DNA from: Hyphomicrobium sp. | GTDB lineage: Bacteria > Pseudomonadota > Alphaproteobacteria > Rhizobiales > Hyphomicrobiaceae | Direction: 5' to 3' | Length of the DNA stretch: 57,738 nucleotides | Assembly (NCBI GenBank): GCA_031419515.1 | Contig: JANOKZ010000090.1 | Span: 1-57,738, forward strand | In this document: piece after piece, positions 30,948 through 39,732 of the stretch | Layout: each line of letters begins with the position of its first letter | How positions within the stretch are numbered: position 1 is the first letter of the stretch | Notes under the pieces: generated by a model | Databases searched by the model: none | Told to the model about the DNA's origin: nothing | Seen by the model: the letters and a program-made list of their open reading frames with translations, nothing else | Translations under genes and position numbers: made by a program

Positions 30948-31601
30948 TTATAGCGGCCGAAACCGCATCTGATGTCCTACAAGTGCGGACAGTACATTCT
31001 GAGCGTGCACATTCGGCGGCACGGCGCCACTTCCATCCAGGCGAAGGTCTGGATGAAGCGGCGTTTCATAGGGTGAGGATATCCCGGTGAACTCGGCAAT
31101 CTCTCCCGCGCGCGCCCGTGCGTAAAGCCCCTTACAGTCGCGGGCCTCGCACACAGCTAAGGGCGTATCGACAAAGACGTTCATGAATTGGCCGCCTGCA
31201 AATAGGGCGCGTACCGCCTGGCGTTCCGCCTCGAATGGCGAGATACAGGCGACGATTGCGACAAGCCCGCCATCCACAATGAGCCGCGCCAGCTCTGCGA
31301 TGCGGCGCATGTTCTCAACGCGATCAGCGGCGCTGAAGCCGAGATCGCTGCACAAGCCGCGCCGCACCAAATCGCCGTCAATCACGAACGGAGGTGCGCC
31401 ACGCTCGTTCAGTTCAAGCTCAAGAGCACGCGCAATTGTGGTTTTGCCGGAACCAGACAGGCCTGTGAACCAAACGCAGCTTGGATGAAATTTGGCTCCT
31501 GTCAACAGCATCGAAGGCGTGCAAACGCCATCGGCAGGGGCTGCGGTTTCACTCACCCTGCCTTCGGCATTTCGCGCGTACTGCGTCACCTTCAACACCA
31601 T
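30948..31601 (-). CDS. cysC: Adenylyl-sulfate kinase
   Basis: VWFTGLSGSGKTT, DGDLVRRGLCSDLGFS..DRVENMRR, RDCKGLY..AR.GEI.EFTGISSPYE. Confidence 0.93.
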   Translation of the reverse strand: MVLKVTQYARNAEGRVSETAAPADGVCTPSMLLTGAKFHPSCVWFTGLSGSGKTTIARALELELNERGAPPFVIDGDLVRRGLCSDLGFSAADRVENMRRIAELARLIVDGGLVAIVACISPFEAERQAVRALFAGGQFMNVFVDTPLAVCEARDCKGLYARARAGEIAEFTGISSPYETPLHPDLRLDGSGAVPPNVHAQNVLSALVGHQMRFRPL

Positions 31602-31623
31602 ACCAGTTTCCCAGGTTTTAGCC

Positions 31624-31872
31624 TTAGTACGGTACGGTCGGTTTGGCCGTGCCGCTGTGTGGCTCAGTCTTGTCGCCGAAGCGGGCGTCGTACTGCAATC
31701 GCACTACCATGCCATCGGTGCCGATCATATCCAAGCCCGCTGCCAAGTCGGCGACGACTTTGTCAACCGATGTGGTGATCGAAAGCAGTGCCATTCCCGC
31801 CGGCGCACCAGCAAACGACGCGGTTGTTATGAACTGATCGTTGTCGAGCCAGGTGGCGCCGCCGCGACGCCA
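31624..31872 (-). pseudogene. Remnant of an autotransporter beta-barrel C-terminus
   Basis: TASFAGAPAG..DKVVADLAAGLD..RLQYDARFG..HSGTAK..Y-stop looks like the last barrel strands with a terminal aromatic residue; no upstream domain or good start. Confidence 0.6.
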
Positions 31873-31976
31873 GGCTAACGTCGTTAACTCAAAATGCCTT
31901 AGGCGCACCCAATAGCCCACTTTCGCCAGCCTTTAGTCGGTAGGCAGGCAGCCGCCGCCGCATTATTTTCAGAAGA

Positions 31977-32549
31977 ATGAGAATACTCGGTTCATGCGCT
32001 GCGGCGCTCGTTTGGCTTTGGCTCTCTAGTTGCCCGACGTTTGCCGAACACCCCGGCCGCGCACAGGGCGTGACTCTCGATCCCCTGTTTGCATTGCAAT
32101 CGCACCAAGGCGCGCGGTTCACGCCCGATGATATCAAGGGGCGGCCGTTTATTGTCGTTTTCGGGTTTACACATTGCCCGAATGTGTGCCCGACCACACT
32201 TGTGGAAATGGGGCACCTGCTCCAGGCCTTGAAGGAGGGTGGCGACAAAATCAGTGTCGTGTTTGTGACGGTAGATCCCGAGCGCGACACCGTGGACGCA
32301 CTGAAGAATTATCTCTCGTCCTTCGATCCTCGCATCGTTGGGCTGACGGGATCGGTCATAGACGTGACGGCGGCGACGGCGGCGTTCAACGCGTTTTTCG
32401 AGAAGGTTGCCTCGGGCGGCGATTACACGATCGATCATACCTTGAAGGTGTTCTTCATGGACAAATACGGCCTGCTTGCCAAGGCGCAACCATCAGGCGC
32501 GAGCTTAAAGGACAATCTTGAGCTCGCGCGCAAGCTCCTCAACCAGTGA
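31977..32549 (+). CDS. SCO1/SenC copper chaperone
   Basis: Signal/anchor, FGFTHCPNVCP (CxxxC), VTVDPERDT, YTIDHT. Confidence 0.93.
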   Translation: MRILGSCAAALVWLWLSSCPTFAEHPGRAQGVTLDPLFALQSHQGARFTPDDIKGRPFIVVFGFTHCPNVCPTTLVEMGHLLQALKEGGDKISVVFVTVDPERDTVDALKNYLSSFDPRIVGLTGSVIDVTAATAAFNAFFEKVASGGDYTIDHTLKVFFMDKYGLLAKAQPSGASLKDNLELARKLLNQ

Positions 32550-33489
32550 GGCCGCTGCAGGCCGGCGGCTCTGCCAGCTTGCGGATGTCGACGGGAAAAA
32601 TTTCGCCGCGCTTCCAGGTTCGGAACGTGTAATCCAATGTGCGTCCTGTGCTCAAATCAACGATAGCTTCGCGCACATAACGGCCGCCGTTCTGCGTTTC
32701 GGCGGCAGATGTCAGAATGAAAGTCTGGCGCGGCGAGGTGCCGGCGAAATCTGGTGGCAGCCTGCCGGGGGAGGTACTTGGGGTTGGTCCGGCAGGCGAG
32801 ACAATAAGATGCCCGGTTTGCAGAATTGTGATGAGGCCAGGCGAGGCGGCCGCAGGATCGATGCCGGACATGCCGGAATGAACAGTCACATGCGGCAGCA
32901 GCGACTTGACGCGTTCTATGGTGAAACCGAACACGTGCTCAAGTTCTTCGATCGTGTCGAACGGCGCATTCTTTGGCGAAACTTTTAAGCCGTTCGCGGC
33001 GTAGCCGGCTTCTTCTGCGCCGCCGGGCAGAGGATCGCTATCCCGGTCGCGGAAATCGATGACCGCCGCCGCAGTTGCTGCTGCGTCCGCAGCGCTTGCG
33101 CCAAGCCCGGCGATGAGGGCGGCCAGCATCGCGTGGTTTGCTGCATTGAGATCGACGCGCCCCGACGCATCCTGGATCCGGATTGTAATCGTCTCGCCCG
33201 GGCCAGCCCGGCACGATCGGGGATCTGAGTTCCTGACGACGGCCGCAAATGCCGTCCTGCCACCGGCAGCTTGGATCAGATCGAGCACGGCCAAATGGAC
33301 GCCCGCATCTGCAAGAGCTTCGGCGCGGGCGCTATTCCGCACGTTAACTGCAATCCCAGTGTGGGTTCCGGCCGAATGCAGGAAGCCCGTGAGAATGAGT
33401 GTCAACAAAGCAATTACCCACAGCACGACGATCATGGTGAAGCCGCGGTCGGCTGTATTCACATCGCGTAACATGGGACGTCGGCTCAC
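32539..33489 (-). CDS. gspK: T2SS minor pseudopilin GspK
   Basis: RG/FTMIVVLW prepilin-like site lacking E5, ARAEALADAGV, DASGRVDLN, IDFRDRD, PKNAPFDTIEEL. Confidence 0.9.
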   Translation of the reverse strand: MSRRPMLRDVNTADRGFTMIVVLWVIALLTLILTGFLHSAGTHTGIAVNVRNSARAEALADAGVHLAVLDLIQAAGGRTAFAAVVRNSDPRSCRAGPGETITIRIQDASGRVDLNAANHAMLAALIAGLGASAADAAATAAAVIDFRDRDSDPLPGGAEEAGYAANGLKVSPKNAPFDTIEELEHVFGFTIERVKSLLPHVTVHSGMSGIDPAAASPGLITILQTGHLIVSPAGPTPSTSPGRLPPDFAGTSPRQTFILTSAAETQNGGRYVREAIVDLSTGRTLDYTFRTWKRGEIFPVDIRKLAEPPACSGLTG

Positions 33490-33528
33490 AAAAACTTAAA
33501 ATACTTTAGCGTGCCCAATCCCCAGAGC

Positions 33529-35958
33529 CTACCTGACCAGTGCGCGATCGATATTCTCGCGCTTATCGGGGGGCGTCTGGCGCTGCGGCCGGGTCGTGAA
33601 GTTCATCCTATCCCGGAATTCCGTTGCGATCGCACGCATTTGATTGGGATCCTTTATGATCTGCGGCGTGATAGCGATCAGCAGCTCGGTGCGGGCGATC
33701 GTATTGTCTTTGTTCTTGAAAAGGTTGCCAAGCACCGGGATGTCGCCAACGATGGGCACTTGTTGCTTCGTGACGGTGGTCTTGTCCTGCATCATGCCGG
33801 CCAGAATGATGCTTTCGCCATTGCCGACCGCGACGGTCGTCTTAATGCGCCGCTGCGTGATGGTTGGTGCGTCGATCCCTGAAGATTGTGTCTGAACGGC
33901 TTCGCTGACCTCCTGTTCGATATCGAGTAGGATGCGGTCATTGTCGCCGATGCGCGGCGTGATACTGAGAATGACGCCCGTGTTGCGGAACGAGATGGCA
34001 TTGACGATCGGTGCAGCCGGGGCAATGACGCTTACTGCCTGCTGCGTCACGATCGGGACTTCGGCGCCAATCTGCAGAACGGCTTTCTTGTTATCCATGA
34101 CGGTCATCGACGGCGACGAAACGATATTGACGTCGGTGATAGCTGAGAGCGCGTTCAAGGCGACCTGAACGTTAGGGGTATTCAGGAAGTAGGAAAATCC
34201 GGTCAAGGCGGGCGCGACTGCGCCGATGAGGCTATCGGTCAGTTTGAATTGATTGTTACCGTGTTTGAAAAACCACCTCAGGCCGAACTTAAGATTGTCG
34301 TTCAAGGTGACTTCGGCGATCGTCGCTTCCAGCAACACTTGGTTCGGCGCCACATCGACGCGCGATAGGATTTGCTTGATGCGTTTATACTCGCTCGATG
34401 TTGCCGTGATAATCAACGCATTGTTCGGTTCGTCCGCTACGATTTGGATGCCGCTTGTGCGATCGTCTGGCGACGTTTGAATTGAAGCGGTCTCGGTGCC
34501 GCTTGCAGCGGGGGCGGCGACCGCTCCGTCCGGACCCGAGGCAGTACTTGGCGGGCGGGTCGTATTCGGCGGCCGCACCTCTGTTGCGAAAGTCGGCAAG
34601 GGCTGGGGTTCGCCAAGCAAGCCTACGGTTGAACCGCCCGATGCCGAGGGTGCCCGCCCGGGCTGCAGTTCTGCCGGTTGCGACAGCGTTGCAAATGGGT
34701 CCGCGCCGAGCGGCTGTGCCAAGGGTTGCTGAGCCCGTGCTTGACCTTGAGACACATAAACCTTTTGCAGTATCTCGGCGAGTTCGGCCGCAGGGCGGTT
34801 CTGCACGTGATAGACGTGGACTTGTGCTTCGGCGGCTGCTCCGACGAGATCGATGCGTTTGATCCAGCCGGCCGCCTTGTTGAGGTATTCGGGCCGCGAC
34901 GAGATGACGATAATCGACTTCAGCCGCTTGTTTGGTACAAAGCGGACGATGCCTTTTGTAGGGCTTTCGCGGTCGTTCGCGAAGATGGTGTCGAGTTCTT
35001 GGGCGATGGCATCGGGATCGGACGTTTCGATGGGGTGGATAGCAACCGACATGCCGCGCATCCAGTCGACATCGAAAACCGACACGGTCTCGCGCATGGA
35101 GGCGAGTTCGGACGGCGACCCGGAAAGCATCAACAGGTTGCGTGCAGCATCGACGCGCGCGATTGCCACCTGTGGGGCAACTGACTTCAGAATGCGCTCC
35201 ATCTCGGCGGCGGCCACATAGCGCAACGACACCGCTTCGGTGGCAAGGCCGGCGCGCGTCGGCGGCGTTCCGCTGGTGATGAGAGTTGACGCAGCAGCCT
35301 CGTTCGACGGCACGATTTTGTAGAGGCCGTTATCGACCACGAGGGCGGCACCCTCCGAGCGCAAGAGCGACTCGAATATTCCGAGCAGCGCGTCCTTAGA
35401 GACGGGCTGGGCGGTATTCATCGTGACCTTGGCCTGAACTTTCTCGCTAACTATGTAGTTGACCTTGAGGATATCGCCGAGAATGGCTTTCGCGGCTTCA
35501 GCGGCTGTCGCGCCTGCGAGATTAAGCGTGACGCCCGTTGTTGTTTCGCTTGCGACTGCGTTCACGGGGCTTTGCGTTTGCGCCGGATTTAGGCCTGACG
35601 CATCCGCTTCTCCCGTGAAGACGCCGGAACCCTTGTAAACGCGGGCTTCGGCATTCGCGGTGCCGGCTGGATCAGACAAGAGGACGCCAGGGCGATGGCC
35701 CGCCGCTCCGATCGGGCTTCCTGGAGAAGCGGATCCGATGGGTTTTGGTAAAGACAATTGTTCTGACGCAAGAGAGCAAGCGCCAACGGCGGCGGTGCTG
35801 AGAACAATCAGCAATGTCCGGCCTCGACTTAGAACTGCGCTTGCTGCCCAACTGTAACGCAAAAAGCGTATCCTCTGAAAAAATATGGTGAACGTACACA
35901 CGAACTCCAGAGCTCTTTGCGCGTGCACGACAAGTCTTAGAGCACATTCTGGCACCAA
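33529..35958 (-). CDS. gspD: T2SS secretin GspD (start uncertain; probable lipobox)
   Basis: N domains, ADEPNNALII, QVLLEATIAEV, QIGAEVP, TGVILSITPRI, VPIVGDIPVLGNLFK, TELLIAITP. Confidence 0.93.
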   Translation of the reverse strand: MVPECALRLVVHAQRALEFVCTFTIFFQRIRFLRYSWAASAVLSRGRTLLIVLSTAAVGACSLASEQLSLPKPIGSASPGSPIGAAGHRPGVLLSDPAGTANAEARVYKGSGVFTGEADASGLNPAQTQSPVNAVASETTTGVTLNLAGATAAEAAKAILGDILKVNYIVSEKVQAKVTMNTAQPVSKDALLGIFESLLRSEGAALVVDNGLYKIVPSNEAAASTLITSGTPPTRAGLATEAVSLRYVAAAEMERILKSVAPQVAIARVDAARNLLMLSGSPSELASMRETVSVFDVDWMRGMSVAIHPIETSDPDAIAQELDTIFANDRESPTKGIVRFVPNKRLKSIIVISSRPEYLNKAAGWIKRIDLVGAAAEAQVHVYHVQNRPAAELAEILQKVYVSQGQARAQQPLAQPLGADPFATLSQPAELQPGRAPSASGGSTVGLLGEPQPLPTFATEVRPPNTTRPPSTASGPDGAVAAPAASGTETASIQTSPDDRTSGIQIVADEPNNALIITATSSEYKRIKQILSRVDVAPNQVLLEATIAEVTLNDNLKFGLRWFFKHGNNQFKLTDSLIGAVAPALTGFSYFLNTPNVQVALNALSAITDVNIVSSPSMTVMDNKKAVLQIGAEVPIVTQQAVSVIAPAAPIVNAISFRNTGVILSITPRIGDNDRILLDIEQEVSEAVQTQSSGIDAPTITQRRIKTTVAVGNGESIILAGMMQDKTTVTKQQVPIVGDIPVLGNLFKNKDNTIARTELLIAITPQIIKDPNQMRAIATEFRDRMNFTTRPQRQTPPDKRENIDRALVR

Positions 35959-36142
35959 GACGCCCGATTTCCCACAGTCTTAGACCAGCGGCGATAATTC
36001 GGGCCGGGCTGTGGCTTCACGGTCAACTGCACCGTGCCGGAAAGACAGGCGCCGCTGCGAATCGGTTTGCATAAAATTTGGTCAAGTCAGGCTCGCATCA
36101 GACCAAAGTTAGGGCTAGAGGCCGGACCATCGGGCATTCTCT

Positions 36143-36188
36143 AGATACTTAAGGGCGCGACCGAGAGATACTTAAGGGCGCGACCGAG
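36143..36188. repeat. Perfect 23-bp tandem duplication
   Basis: AGATACTTAAGGGCGCGACCGAG at 36143-36165 and 36166-36188, in the divergent gspD/MCO intergenic region. Confidence 0.95.
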
Positions 36189-36386
36189 GTCCCTTTTCTA
36201 AAAAGCTGGCAAAGCGCAATATGCAAACAGCCCTCCGGGAGGCGATCCGAAGAAACGCGGTTCGGTCATTCGGGGGCAACACGCCAAACTATTTTTTTGG
36301 TTGCGCACAGTTTTTTGAAGCATCTGGGTGCCGGCATCTACCGTAGCCAGAGTCTTGTTCCCGACCTTAGACAAGGCAACATTACA

Positions 36387-37763
36387 ATGAAACGACGCGA
36401 TCTTCTCAAATACACGGGCTTCGGCGCCCTTGTGGCGGCCGTGAACACCTATCCCATCCGAGCAATTGCGGACACTGTCTGTGGTCCATGTTCGGGCAGT
36501 GACGGGGGCATTGCCGATGTTGAAATCCATCTCGCCATCATGCGCCAGAGCGTCGAGATGGTGGACGGCAAAAAACTCTGGATGCTCGGGTACAAAGACC
36601 TGGGTGGGGGGCTATGCACTACTTTTCCGGGCGATCCCAACAGCACCTGTTCAGGCGCGCGTATTCCGGGCCCTGTCTTGCGCGTGAAGCATAATCAGCG
36701 CGTCAAGATCACGATCGACAACCTCCGGGCCGAACCGCACGGTTTCGAAGTTACGGGATTTCCGGACTCAAAAATCGAGATTGCTGCGAATAGCTGCTGC
36801 TCCGTTACGTTTGCCGCCAGCCAGACGGGCACGTTTATCTATCATGACAATCTTGGCGGATCGCCGCTGTACCGTTTACTTGGATTGCACGGCGCCTTCA
36901 TCGTGCAGCCGGATTACGCCGCGCTCGCGCCAGGCGCGCTTATCACCCCTTACGCAAGTTCGCAGTTGACGCCGCAGGTTCAATCGATCTTCGAGGCACT
37001 TGGCGATGTGACTAAGGTCAACGGACGGTTCCCTGGCGGTAGATGGGCTCCGGCGGAGATCGGCCAGGCCTTCTCGGCGCAAGAAAAGATCTGGATGCAG
37101 ACCCAGGTCGATCCGCGCTTCAACGCGCTCCTTGAGGGGAACGATAGCGATCCCATCCGGTCCAATCCATCTTTGACGAGTTCGATTTGGGACACCTGGA
37201 CACCGCGCTATTTCACCATCAACGGGCGCAGCGGCTTCGACCTTTCCAAGCACGAGGATGTCGTCGCCAAGAATTTCATCGGCGAGCCGACGTTGATCCG
37301 CAGCTTGAATGCAGGCCTGGCGCATCATTCCAATCATATTCACGGCAACCATGTATTCGAACTGGCGGAATCTGTGCCGGTCCTCGATGCGTCCGGCCGG
37401 AATGCGAACACCGGCGCCATGATTGTCCTCGACAATGTGCCGGAGCGGGATGTTTGGCCCATGTGGCCGATGCAGCGCTGCGACATGCTGCTTCCTTTCG
37501 AGATGCCGCCCGACATTCCCTACAACCAGTTCGAAGCGATGGTTGCGCGCAATATCAATATTGACACGCAGCCGGCGCCGCTCGTGACGACTTTTGAGCC
37601 GTTCCCGCTGCGCTACGTGATGCACTGCCATTGCGAAATGTCGCAAACGGCGTCAGGCGGCAACTATCCGCAAGGTCTCGTGACGCACTGGGAATTATTG
37701 GGCGGTCTAGGCGGGCGGGCGCAGCTCGCTGCAAATGGCGGGTCTAGCGGTAGCGGCGGATAA
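36387..37763 (+). CDS. Tat-exported two-domain multicopper-oxidase-like protein A (intact ligand motifs only in domain 2)
   Basis: MKRRDLLK twin-arginine signal; IPGPVLRV, YFTINGRS; HHSNHIHGNH and YVMHCHCEMSQ in domain 2; domain 1 motifs degenerate (PHGFEVT, YHDN). Confidence 0.85.
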   Translation: MKRRDLLKYTGFGALVAAVNTYPIRAIADTVCGPCSGSDGGIADVEIHLAIMRQSVEMVDGKKLWMLGYKDLGGGLCTTFPGDPNSTCSGARIPGPVLRVKHNQRVKITIDNLRAEPHGFEVTGFPDSKIEIAANSCCSVTFAASQTGTFIYHDNLGGSPLYRLLGLHGAFIVQPDYAALAPGALITPYASSQLTPQVQSIFEALGDVTKVNGRFPGGRWAPAEIGQAFSAQEKIWMQTQVDPRFNALLEGNDSDPIRSNPSLTSSIWDTWTPRYFTINGRSGFDLSKHEDVVAKNFIGEPTLIRSLNAGLAHHSNHIHGNHVFELAESVPVLDASGRNANTGAMIVLDNVPERDVWPMWPMQRCDMLLPFEMPPDIPYNQFEAMVARNINIDTQPAPLVTTFEPFPLRYVMHCHCEMSQTASGGNYPQGLVTHWELLGGLGGRAQLAANGGSSGSGG

Positions 37764-37832
37764 AATACGCAGTGCGGAATGAGCGGATGTATAGATTTGT
37801 GACTGGCGATTTTTCAAGGGCGTATCGCCCGC

Positions 37833-39023
37833 ATGGTGATGGCAATGGCATTTCTTAACGCACCCCGGATTTCCGTCCCTTCTTTTGTCGAGCCTGTTCT
37901 CGGCCCGAAAACAACGGCGTCCCCGGGCCCAGGATTCGATAACTCCGGCCCGGTCGATTTCTCCGAAACCGGGGTCAGCGGCGACAATTTCGATACGTTC
38001 GGTTGCAAGGTCTTCAATCCGCTGACGGCGAAAACACCGGACTGGCAGTCGGCGAACGCTTATTTTGAACGCAAGTCGTTCAACGACGGTACACTCGTCA
38101 TGTCGGATGGCGTCAACATCGTCCACTGGGGTTTCGAAGACCGCCTTAGGCTCAAGGGTAAGAAATTTTTCCCCTCGCCGCTCATTCGCGTGCAAGAGGG
38201 CGACATGGTCCATGTCAAACTCGAAGCGCGTAACAATACGCACACCATCCATCACCACGGTATCGAACCCACAACCATGAACGACGGCGTTGGTCACGTC
38301 TCGTTCGAAACGTCGGGTGCTTACGTCTATCAATGGCAGCCCAAGCATGCCGGGACATGGTTCTATCATTGCCACAAGAACACGGTGCTTCACTTCGAGA
38401 TGGGGCTTTATGGTCTCCTGATCGTCGATCCCAAGCCCGATCAGTATGGCCGCGTCAACGCTTACACCGGCGGACCTTTCTACACGCCATCGCGCGAGCG
38501 TTTCTGGGTTTTCGACGACATTGATCCGCGCTGGCACACGCTGGATGACAATGCCGGATTGTGCGGCGATGATGCCGGACTGAATGTGTTCCAACCGAAG
38601 TATTTCTTCGTGAACGGCATCGAAAACACGAAGTGCAAGGCCCACACGGGCGTGCGCATCCAGGCTTACCCTGGCGAAAAAGTTTTGATCCGCATGTTGA
38701 ACGCCTCATATTCGATCGTGAAGGTGACAATCGAGCAGCTTCGAGGCGACATAATCTCTATCGATGGCCATGCTCTTAACACCAGCGAAAGGCCATGGAC
38801 GAGTTGGATTCCGGTCGCGGCCGGCGAGCCGATGTTCTTCCCTACCGCAACCAGACAGGACTTACTGATCGATCTCGACCCTACGAAAAACAGCTTTGTT
38901 CGCGGACGGGAATACAAGGTCGTCTTCGAATTCCAGGATTGGATTAAGCGTACTATTCATAACGCCAATGCGCCCAAGCCAGTGAACGTTGGCCGCGCCG
39001 AAACGGTTATCAAAATCCTCTGA
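37833..39023 (+). CDS. Two-domain multicopper-oxidase-like protein B (ligands only in domain 1; no signal peptide)
   Basis: FPSPLIRVQEGD, HTIHHHG, GTWFYHCHKNTVLHFEMGLYG; domain 2 (YFFVNG, IRMLNAS) has no HxH/HCH motifs. Confidence 0.87.
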   Translation: MVMAMAFLNAPRISVPSFVEPVLGPKTTASPGPGFDNSGPVDFSETGVSGDNFDTFGCKVFNPLTAKTPDWQSANAYFERKSFNDGTLVMSDGVNIVHWGFEDRLRLKGKKFFPSPLIRVQEGDMVHVKLEARNNTHTIHHHGIEPTTMNDGVGHVSFETSGAYVYQWQPKHAGTWFYHCHKNTVLHFEMGLYGLLIVDPKPDQYGRVNAYTGGPFYTPSRERFWVFDDIDPRWHTLDDNAGLCGDDAGLNVFQPKYFFVNGIENTKCKAHTGVRIQAYPGEKVLIRMLNASYSIVKVTIEQLRGDIISIDGHALNTSERPWTSWIPVAAGEPMFFPTATRQDLLIDLDPTKNSFVRGREYKVVFEFQDWIKRTIHNANAPKPVNVGRAETVIKIL

Positions 39024-39042
39024 GATCAAGGAAGCGGGCGTT

Positions 39043-39732
39043 ATGGCTTGGAAAGTTCTTGTGTTGGCAGCGGTGGCAATGCTGGTGACGGCGGCGCCTG
39101 CGTATACCCACAGCAAGGGCAAAGGCGTCGTCGTTGAAGAAGAACACACGGTAAAGCCATTCAAGGACGACGGTTATGCGATAAAGCCGCCCGAGCCGCA
39201 GTCGCTTGGCGGGGATTTTGAGATCGAAGATACCGACGGCAATACAGTCACCAGCGAGACGCTAAAAGGCAAGTGGACCCTCATCTACTTCGGCTATCCC
39301 AGTTGCCGCGAGGCCTGCCCCACGGCGCTGGAAAATATGACCCAGGCACTCATTCAAATGGGCAGCGAGGCGGAGGCGGTGCAGCCCTTCTTTGTCGATT
39401 TTTCGATGGAACGGCCGGACCCTAAGGGCGTTGCGCAATTCGTTTCCAATTTTCACCCCAAGCTCAAGGGGCTCGTTGGCTCACGCGCCCAGATTTTCAC
39501 ACTGCTCCGTTTGTATAAGGTCCGGCGCGACTACGGCAACGAGTTCTACAGCACGAAGGAAACGGGGCCGCGCATCGACCACACGACATATTTTTATCTT
39601 GTCGATCCAAGCGGCGTGACGCGAACTTATTTTTATCACACGCTGACGCCTGAGAAAATGGCAGCCGCCATTCGCGAACAGATGGCGCGTCCCCAAAAAG
39701 ACGCTGGGGCCCCTCCACCTGCCGTCAAATGA
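39043..39732 (+). CDS. SCO1/SenC copper chaperone
   Basis: Signal peptide, LGGDF, YFGYPSCREACP (CxxxC), IDHTTYFYLVDP. Confidence 0.92.
   Translation: MAWKVLVLAAVAMLVTAAPAYTHSKGKGVVVEEEHTVKPFKDDGYAIKPPEPQSLGGDFEIEDTDGNTVTSETLKGKWTLIYFGYPSCREACPTALENMTQALIQMGSEAEAVQPFFVDFSMERPDPKGVAQFVSNFHPKLKGLVGSRAQIFTLLRLYKVRRDYGNEFYSTKETGPRIDHTTYFYLVDPSGVTRTYFYHTLTPEKMAAAIREQMARPQKDAGAPPPAVK

Noticed and set aside
36143-36188. Possible CRISPR array
   Set aside because: Two adjacent copies with no spacer and no cas genes
36200-36290. c-di-GMP-I riboswitch-like words (GGCAAA..GCAAA..CCTCCGG), also near 55155
   Set aside because: No GNRA-capped hairpin between the motifs and no convincing pairing; only an Infernal hit to RF01051 would revive it
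36387-39023. Calling the MCO-like genes nirK, copA or mnxG
   Set aside because: Ligand patterns do not fit (B has HCH rather than the NirK HC-x; neither chain has all four MCO motifs) and both are far shorter than MnxG
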